Below are positions 57,545 to 64,000 of a DNA stretch of 64,000 bases, piece by piece; the stretch's first letter is position 1, and each line of letters begins with the position of its first letter. A program made the translations under genes and the position numbers. The DNA is from Fidelibacterota bacterium (lineage in GTDB: Bacteria > Fidelibacterota > UBA8477 > JABMPR01). The stretch covers positions 6,677 through 70,676 of the forward strand of contig JABMOS010000113.1 of NCBI GenBank assembly GCA_013203185.1, in the 5' to 3' direction. Under the pieces are notes generated by a model, which had not been told where the DNA came from, did not search any database, and worked only from the letters and a program-made list of their open reading frames with translations.

Positions 57545-57949
57545 ATGAAAATCTTCAAAAACACCTCCATCTTTCAACTGCTGCTATATCTCATAGCTGT
57601 CCATTCTTTCTGTGTGGGAATAGCGCTGATTGTACTTCCTTTCGGTGCGCTCTCCTGGTTTGGTTTCACAGTAGATCCCTATAGATTTTTCTCCACCCAG
57701 GGTGGAGTTTTTCACGTTGTTATGACTATTGCCTATTTATTAGCAGCCAAAAACCCAGTTGGTGAGAAAAATTTGATTCTATTCATAATTCTTGCAAAAT
57801 GGGTTGCCTTCTTTTTTCTGGCTTTCTATTTCCTATTCTCAGAAATGGTGCCAGTCATAGCAATTTCTGCAGTCAGTGATGGATTGATGGGTTTACTAGT
57901 CATGATGTTTTTCCTGGAATTATATACGGAGGAGGAAGTAGTTGACTGA
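57545..57949 (+). CDS. Hypothetical 4-TM membrane protein
   Basis: Four hydrophobic helices with polar intramembrane residues (His in AVHSF and VFHVV, Lys, Asp); overlaps the next gene. Confidence 0.75.
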   Translation: MKIFKNTSIFQLLLYLIAVHSFCVGIALIVLPFGALSWFGFTVDPYRFFSTQGGVFHVVMTIAYLLAAKNPVGEKNLILFIILAKWVAFFFLAFYFLFSEMVPVIAISAVSDGLMGLLVMMFFLELYTEEEVVD

Positions 57950-59480
57950 CAACATCCTTCCCAGGATAGTTATCACGGGTGCTTCAGGATTCATTGGCAG
58001 GAACTTCGTAGAAACCTACCAGGACAGTTTTCAGATTTTCGCCATTGCCCGGCGGAGTCAGCAAGAAGTTGGGATCCCAAGACATAAAAATATTACCTGG
58101 TTACTGGTTGATGTGGCTGATGCCAAAAATGTCCGTGATGCCATGGACGAAATTAAGGCAGGGGGCGGTGCCGATTATTTTATACATCTCGCAGCCTTTT
58201 TTGATTTTTCCAATGAGCCGAATGCAGAATACGAACGCACCAACGTGCAGGGTTCAAAATTAATATTTGAAGCAGCAGCTGGCCTGGGTCTTAAAAGATT
58301 TATTTTTGCCAGCTCACTGGTTGTCTCAGAATTTCCTCAAAGAGGCGATAGACTCACTGAGGAAAGTTCTCTTGATGCAGATTTTCCCTATGCAGTTACC
58401 AAAATAGCTGGTGAGGCTATGGCCAGGGAATGGTCAACAACCTTCCCATGTACTGTGGTTCGATTTGCGGCGGTGTATAGTGATTGGTGCGAATATGGAC
58501 CACTCTATAAATTTATAGATACCTGGTCATCAAGATCATGGAAATCAAGAGTACTTGGGGGGCGGGGAGAATCATCTGTTCCTTATATTCACATTGTTTG
58601 CCTGGTGAGAATGTTGAAGACCATTCTTGACAAAACCGAACAGTTAAAAACCTTCGATGTGCTTATCGCGAGTCCCGATGAAAGTACCAGTCACCAGGAA
58701 CTATTCGACTTCAGTACCAGATTCGTTTTTGGGGACAAGCGCAAGGCAATCCATATGCCCGTTGCGCTGGCCAGGCTGGGTGTGTCTCTCATGGATTTTG
58801 CTGGTCGGCTCATCGGTCATCGTCCCTTTGAACGTCCCTGGATGATGAAGTACATTGACCAGCGCATGGATGTGGATGCCAGCTACACAAGGGGTGAGCT
58901 GGATTGGCAGGTTATTCCACGCTACCGACCCGAGCGTAGGATTCTGCATGTCATCGAGCATATGAAAACTTATCCCATAGAGTGGCATCAGAAGAATGCC
59001 CTGGCACTATTTAAGAATCCTGAAAGACCGAATCTTGAGATATCTGAGGCACTGGTCCTGCATGAAGAAGAAATTCTTACAAGCCTAATCAATCAAATAA
59101 TGCGAGTTGAAGACCCCACACGATACCACTCCTATAAGAAAATGCCTCCGGAAAAACTGTCCTGGTATCTCGGTATTGTATACAACTTATTGAAGGTTTC
59201 CGTGAGGACTGGAGACCGTCTTTCCCTGGCCAACTACGCACGATTTATCGCTAGTATTCGTATCCATGAGGGTTTTAAATTAACCGAGGTCGTTGATGTT
59301 TATGAGACTCTGGCTGAGTTGGTCATTCGACATCTCCTTGAACATGATTCTGTTAAACATCTCGAGCAACGCATCCGCGACGACATTGATCTGACCATAC
59401 AGATGGCAGTTGATGAAATCGAAGATGCTTACGATATCGGTCAAGCCCCAGCCTCTTACATTCGATTTCACGATAGGTAG
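57942..59480 (+). CDS. Extended SDR (NAD-dependent epimerase/dehydratase) with a C-terminal helical, RsbRD-N/globin-like domain (paralog 1)
   Basis: TGASGFIG, HLAA, FASS, YAVTK (YxxxK); C-terminal ANYARFIASIRIHEGFKLTEV. Confidence 0.8.
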   Translation: MTDNILPRIVITGASGFIGRNFVETYQDSFQIFAIARRSQQEVGIPRHKNITWLLVDVADAKNVRDAMDEIKAGGGADYFIHLAAFFDFSNEPNAEYERTNVQGSKLIFEAAAGLGLKRFIFASSLVVSEFPQRGDRLTEESSLDADFPYAVTKIAGEAMAREWSTTFPCTVVRFAAVYSDWCEYGPLYKFIDTWSSRSWKSRVLGGRGESSVPYIHIVCLVRMLKTILDKTEQLKTFDVLIASPDESTSHQELFDFSTRFVFGDKRKAIHMPVALARLGVSLMDFAGRLIGHRPFERPWMMKYIDQRMDVDASYTRGELDWQVIPRYRPERRILHVIEHMKTYPIEWHQKNALALFKNPERPNLEISEALVLHEEEILTSLINQIMRVEDPTRYHSYKKMPPEKLSWYLGIVYNLLKVSVRTGDRLSLANYARFIASIRIHEGFKLTEVVDVYETLAELVIRHLLEHDSVKHLEQRIRDDIDLTIQMAVDEIEDAYDIGQAPASYIRFHDR

Positions 59481-59526
59481 CCCCTTAAGACTGTTTGATT
59501 CAGAGGATCAATCTTGGAGTGAAGGA

Positions 59527-61044
59527 ATGGATTATCAAAATACCAGTAAAACCGTCCTAATCACTGGTGCCTCCGGGTTCATCGGTCGCCATCTCGTGAA
59601 ATATCTGTGTCCTGAATACCGCGTCCTCGCTTTTGCCAGGCGTACCCAGAAGGAAGTTGACCTGGAACCACATCCCAACCTTGAGTGGCTCCTGGTGGAT
59701 ATCACGGATCCCGTCAAATTCAGACAGGCATTTATCATCGCAACATCACTAAATCCTCCAGATTACATATTTCATCTGGCAGCCTATTACGATTTTGGAG
59801 ACCAGGTTTACTCTGATGTCTACGAGAAAACCAATATTGGAGCAACCCGCATTCTGTTGGAACTCACGAAAGAAATCGGGGTCAAACGATTTATTTTTAC
59901 CAGTTCCCTGGTTGCCAGTAAATTCCCTGAGCCTGGCGAATATGTCAATGAGAACAGACCACCAGACGCAGAATATCCCTATGCCAGAACCAAGTGTCAA
60001 GGGGAGGAGCTGGTTCGTGAATTCTCAAGATATTTCCCCTGTTCAATAGTTCGTCTGGCTGCCGTCTGCAGTGACTGGTGTGAGTACGAACCCCTGTATC
60101 ATTTCTTGAAGATATGGCTTTCGGATCGCTGGGATGCCCGCATTCTCCCTGGCAAAGGAAACATGGCCATTCCATACATTCATGTTTGCTGTGTGATTTC
60201 ATTATTTGATCAGATTTTGAAAAAAACCGATGAATTGAAGCCCTATGATACCTTTCTGGCTAGTTCAGACGAACCAGTATCCCTGGCAAAAATGTTTGGA
60301 TATGCGACGCGGCACTATTTCGGTCAGACAAGGCAACCTATCTATTTCCCCCTTTTCCTGGCCAGACTGGGCGTACGATTCAGAAACTTCAAAGGCAAAC
60401 TCATAGGCAAGCCTCCCTTTGAGAAATTATGGATGCTTGAATACACGGATAAAATATTTTCCACTGATTCATCATACACGCGAGAGACTTTAGATTGGCA
60501 GCCAAAATCAAGACATCAGATTTCAAGGCGTTTGTTGCATTTGATTGAGAATCTTAAAGCCAGACCAGAGACATGGCATCGGAAAAATATTGATCGATTG
60601 CACAGATTCTCCACAAGTCGTCCCTCACTGGCTTTGGCAGAAGAAATGGTCAGGATGCATGAGCAGTTTGTGGATCAGATTTATACACGCATCATGCTAC
60701 CTGAAAATGCAAAAATATTAAAATTGTACCAGGCCATGTCTACAGACGACTTAAAATGGTATATTAATGTGGTTTATAACAACCTCTTGACCTCAGTGCG
60801 TCATGGTGACAGGTCCATCATGATTACTTTTGCCCACGATCTCTCACAGCGGAAAATGCAGGAAGACGCAAGTCTTGAAGCTATATGCCAGGCTTTGTAC
60901 ATCACCCGCGATATTATTACTGAAGGGTTGCACAAAAATCCCAACCTGGCGGAGATGAAGCTGCTTGTACATGACTATATCACCCTGGCGATTCAGTTGG
61001 CCATCGATGAAATCAAGGATGTATATGAAAATGTGCCCCTTTAG
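59527..61044 (+). CDS. Extended SDR with a C-terminal helical domain (paralog 2)
   Basis: AAGGA RBS before ATG 59527; TGASGFIG, YARTK; shares SDWCEY.PLY.F, PYIH..C and LAIQLAIDEI with paralog 1. Confidence 0.8.
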   Translation: MDYQNTSKTVLITGASGFIGRHLVKYLCPEYRVLAFARRTQKEVDLEPHPNLEWLLVDITDPVKFRQAFIIATSLNPPDYIFHLAAYYDFGDQVYSDVYEKTNIGATRILLELTKEIGVKRFIFTSSLVASKFPEPGEYVNENRPPDAEYPYARTKCQGEELVREFSRYFPCSIVRLAAVCSDWCEYEPLYHFLKIWLSDRWDARILPGKGNMAIPYIHVCCVISLFDQILKKTDELKPYDTFLASSDEPVSLAKMFGYATRHYFGQTRQPIYFPLFLARLGVRFRNFKGKLIGKPPFEKLWMLEYTDKIFSTDSSYTRETLDWQPKSRHQISRRLLHLIENLKARPETWHRKNIDRLHRFSTSRPSLALAEEMVRMHEQFVDQIYTRIMLPENAKILKLYQAMSTDDLKWYINVVYNNLLTSVRHGDRSIMITFAHDLSQRKMQEDASLEAICQALYITRDIITEGLHKNPNLAEMKLLVHDYITLAIQLAIDEIKDVYENVPL

Positions 61045-61051
61045 GTGGTGC

Positions 61052-61582
61052 CTAATCAATGAGTGCTGAAAGTTCTTCCTGACAGGAGGGACAAAACCTG
61101 TCCGATTTCTGATCCATCTCTTCTACATAAGTTGTTGAAACCATAACACATCCAGGTTTGAGACAATGTTTTAGTCCAAATGCATGTCCAAGCTCGTGCA
61201 CGATGCACTTAATGATGCGCTCAGAGTACAATTTTGGATCCCCTGCCAGACCATAGCGTCGGTTGTCGAGACGATGTCCGGAAACCAGAGCTACGGAGCC
61301 TCCCAGGTAGGCTTGTCCAAAGATATAACTCAGTACCGGAATAAATAAATCCAGATCTGTTACACCGACAATCTTATCATACTCGCCTGTGAGGGGCAGC
61401 AACTTATGGATGATTTCATTGGCGTTGTATTGTGATCTGACGGGATTGAAGAAGGGGGTGAGGTCCATGTGATAACTACTCAGTCTGGTTTCCATTTTGA
61501 AGCGGTTGCTCAGCACATTGAGCATGATTTCCAGGGTTTCAACACTGGAAAATTGCAAGGGGATGATCCTGATCAGGGACAT
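61052..61582 (-). CDS. Archaemetzincin-family (M54) zinc metalloprotease
   Basis: DLFIPVLSYIFGQA, HELGHAFGLKHC, CVM Met-turn, C-terminal FCPSC. Confidence 0.9.
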   Translation of the reverse strand: MSLIRIIPLQFSSVETLEIMLNVLSNRFKMETRLSSYHMDLTPFFNPVRSQYNANEIIHKLLPLTGEYDKIVGVTDLDLFIPVLSYIFGQAYLGGSVALVSGHRLDNRRYGLAGDPKLYSERIIKCIVHELGHAFGLKHCLKPGCVMVSTTYVEEMDQKSDRFCPSCQEELSALID

Positions 61583-61605
61583 TAATCGAGACCAGAGCTA
61601 GCCGA

Positions 61606-62946
61606 TTATACCTTCTCGATCTTGTATTTCTTAATTTTGCTGTACAGGGTTACTCGGTCAACCCCCAGTGCCTTGGCAGCCCGGGAAATATTCCATTCGT
61701 ATTTATTCAAAATGGTCTCAATATGATGGTACTCCATATCCTGGATAGATTCCCAGGTGGGTTTACTTAACTGGTGTTCGAATGGGAGATCCTTCAGTTG
61801 TACTGTATCTCCGCTACCAATTACGATTGCTCGCTCGATGAGATTCTCAAGTTCGCGTACATTCCCGGGGAAAGGATAATTGCTGAGAGCTTTGGCAGCC
61901 CTTTTACCGATAAAGCGGGTCCCCTTGTTCATTTGATCAGCATAAAGCTTTACAAAATGCTCTGACAGGAGTTTGATATCCTCAGGACGTTCACGCAAGG
62001 GAGGTATCTCAATGGAGAAAACATTAAGACGATAATACAAGTCTTCTCGGAATTCACCAGACTTGACCATGGCTTGGAGGTCACGATTGGTGGCACAGAT
62101 CACTCGAAAATCAGATTGAAACTCACGATTCCCACCAACGCGGGCAAATCGTTTTGTCTCCAAAACACGTAGCAATTCAATCTGCATTTTCATGGAGATA
62201 GTGGAAATTTCATCCAGGAAGAGTGTCGCTCCATCTGCCATTTCAAACTTGCCCTTGCGAGCATATTGGGCACCAGTAAAGGCACCTCGCTCATGTCCAA
62301 ATAATTCGCTTTCCATGAGGTTCTCTGCGATAGCCCCGCAATGCACTGTGACCATGGGAAAAAATCGACGGGGGGAATTCATGTGAATGGCCTTGGCAAT
62401 GAGCTCTTTACCTGTCCCACTATCCCCGTGGATGATGACCGTAGAATCCGTTTCAGCAACAATGCGTACATTTTCCAACACGTTGAGAATCCCTTCACTC
62501 TGGCCAATGATAGACTCAACATTAACCAGGCTTTTTATACGGTCCTGCAGGGAGAGGTTTTCACGGCTGAGTTGGATGGATTTGCTGGCGTTTCGAATGA
62601 TATGGGTGACTGCATCTGGATCGAAAGGTTTGCAGACATAATCGTATGCGCCATCCTTCAGCGCCTGGACTGCTGAATCCACAGAGGCAAAGGCGGTCAT
62701 GATGATAACAATGGTATCCTCATTGATGGCTTTGATGCGGCGATTGAGCTCAAGGCCATCCATGCCGGGAAGCTTGATATCAATAAGGATGATATGGAAA
62801 TGGTATGCCTCGATTTTTTTTAAGGCCACTTTGGCATCTTCTGCAGTGTCAACCGTATATCCATCTTCAATGAACCAGTTGGATAAGGAATCACGAACTG
62901 AGAGTTCATCATCCACTACCAATATGGAAAGATTATTGTCCATCAT
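61606..62946 (-). CDS. Sigma54-dependent response regulator (NtrC/AtoC family)
   Basis: REC domain, GDSGTGKE, GAFTGA, PGNVRELEN, Fis-type HTH (AAKALGVDRVTLY). Confidence 0.95.
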   Translation of the reverse strand: MMDNNLSILVVDDELSVRDSLSNWFIEDGYTVDTAEDAKVALKKIEAYHFHIILIDIKLPGMDGLELNRRIKAINEDTIVIIMTAFASVDSAVQALKDGAYDYVCKPFDPDAVTHIIRNASKSIQLSRENLSLQDRIKSLVNVESIIGQSEGILNVLENVRIVAETDSTVIIHGDSGTGKELIAKAIHMNSPRRFFPMVTVHCGAIAENLMESELFGHERGAFTGAQYARKGKFEMADGATLFLDEISTISMKMQIELLRVLETKRFARVGGNREFQSDFRVICATNRDLQAMVKSGEFREDLYYRLNVFSIEIPPLRERPEDIKLLSEHFVKLYADQMNKGTRFIGKRAAKALSNYPFPGNVRELENLIERAIVIGSGDTVQLKDLPFEHQLSKPTWESIQDMEYHHIETILNKYEWNISRAAKALGVDRVTLYSKIKKYKIEKV

Positions 62947-64000
62947 CCAGCCTCCCCGAACTAAGTTTAAATTTAAATTTTAATGATGTACCGACGCCGG
63001 GACTAGAATCCACTGCGACTTTGGCCTGGTGTTGCTCCAATATCCCATAGGTGACTGCCAGTCCCAATCCAATTCCTGACATCTCCTTTTTGCTGGAAAA
63101 GAAAGGCTCAAAAATGTGTTCCTGGTCAGCTTCGGAAATACCAATACCATTGTCCTTGATTTCGATGATAATATGCTGCATGTCGGGATTATAGCTTCGG
63201 TAGGTAACCAAACTGTCTGCTCCGGGACTGACTGCTTCCAGAGCATTGGTGAGAACGGCTAGACAAGCCTGAATGATTTGGTTTCCATTAGCCTGAATCA
63301 AATCTCTACTTGCTGAAAAATCAGTAACCAACCTGACATTAGATATTTGAAACCGGTGTTGGATTAGCTGTTCAGTCTCGCGGAGAACGGTATTCACATG
63401 GATGTCATCAAATTTTTGGCTACCATCTCGGGAGAAATTGAGCAGTCCTTTGACAATATTACCACAGCGGGTCGTTTCTGATTGGATCATATCAAGGTGT
63501 TTCAGTACGGCAGTTTTCTTCTCATCTGTAAATTCACTATTCTGAAGAATTCTTGATATCAGTTTGGCATAGGTCAGTACCCCGGCCAGGGGGTTATTGA
63601 TTTCATGGGCAACAGATGATGACAATCGCCCCAGGGAAGCCAGACGTTCTATCTGATAAATCTCGTTCTGTGTTCTGGCTATATCTTCTGATTTACTGCG
63701 AACCTTGTTTTCCAATTCATTGGACCACTGATGCAATTCACGATTGCTCTCATTAATAGATTCCAACATGGTATTCAAGGCCAGGCCCACTTGATGAATA
63801 TCAATTAAATCATTGGGTTGCACATTTACTCTCACCGATAGATTCCCTGCAGTAACGGCTCGACTGGCGTCAACAATTCGCTTGAGTGGATAATTGATAC
63901 GACGTTGAACAAAGAAGAGGAGGGTGGCCACCAACAGAATCAGAAATAGAACAACAATACTGAAGTATTCGAAGAGGACTTTATTTAGAGCAGTGTCAAG
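62933..64000 (-). CDS. HAMP-domain sensor histidine kinase, 5' end outside the window
   Basis: Frame is open to base 64000; transmembrane helix, HAMP, VAHEINNP H-box, DNGIGI, GIGLGL. Confidence 0.92.
   Translation of the reverse strand, partial: LDTALNKVLFEYFSIVVLFLILLVATLLFFVQRRINYPLKRIVDASRAVTAGNLSVRVNVQPNDLIDIHQVGLALNTMLESINESNRELHQWSNELENKVRSKSEDIARTQNEIYQIERLASLGRLSSSVAHEINNPLAGVLTYAKLISRILQNSEFTDEKKTAVLKHLDMIQSETTRCGNIVKGLLNFSRDGSQKFDDIHVNTVLRETEQLIQHRFQISNVRLVTDFSASRDLIQANGNQIIQACLAVLTNALEAVSPGADSLVTYRSYNPDMQHIIIEIKDNGIGISEADQEHIFEPFFSSKKEMSGIGLGLAVTYGILEQHQAKVAVDSSPGVGTSLKFKFKLSSGRLDDGQ

Noticed and set aside
1-64000. tRNA, rRNA, riboswitches, transposases, prophage or defence genes
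   Set aside because: None recognised by eye. A covariance-model search would be needed to exclude small structured RNAs in the longer intergenic regions (14345-14900, 32790-33280, 51600-51996).

Overview
Gene-dense (about 50 CDS) bacterial chromosomal segment dominated by redox and respiratory functions. A C-terminal sorting-type tail and the gene repertoire suggest an FCB-group-like organism (inference only). From left to right: (1) an operon of phosphorelay, diguanylate cyclase, HEAT-repeat and GT2 genes; (2) secreted and outer-membrane proteins; (3) a hexaheme lipoprotein with a collagen-like linker; (4) a sensor kinase with a CxxCH motif and a sigma54 activator, ahead of a 9-gene operon that joins an octaheme cytochrome/NrfC/NrfD module to a Rieske/cytochrome b module and three more multiheme cytochromes (33 CxxCH motifs, plus 7 in a convergent gene, no catalytic subunit); (5) a sqr-DUF1641-tusE-dsrE sulfur module; (6) two paralogous small secreted proteins and two hemerythrins; (7) aceE-aceF-lpdA followed by CAT-like and GNAT genes; (8) a Hyb-type [NiFe] hydrogenase followed by a membrane protein and two SDR proteins with globin-like C-termini, convergent with an archaemetzincin/sigma54 two-component operon. 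Non-coding highlights are four clusters of REP-like palindromes inserted into one another, and a recurring 17-bp palindrome (GTGAC-N7-RTCAY) upstream of four redox loci. No rRNA, tRNA, CRISPR array or transposase was recognised. Family assignments come from motifs read by eye, not database searches.
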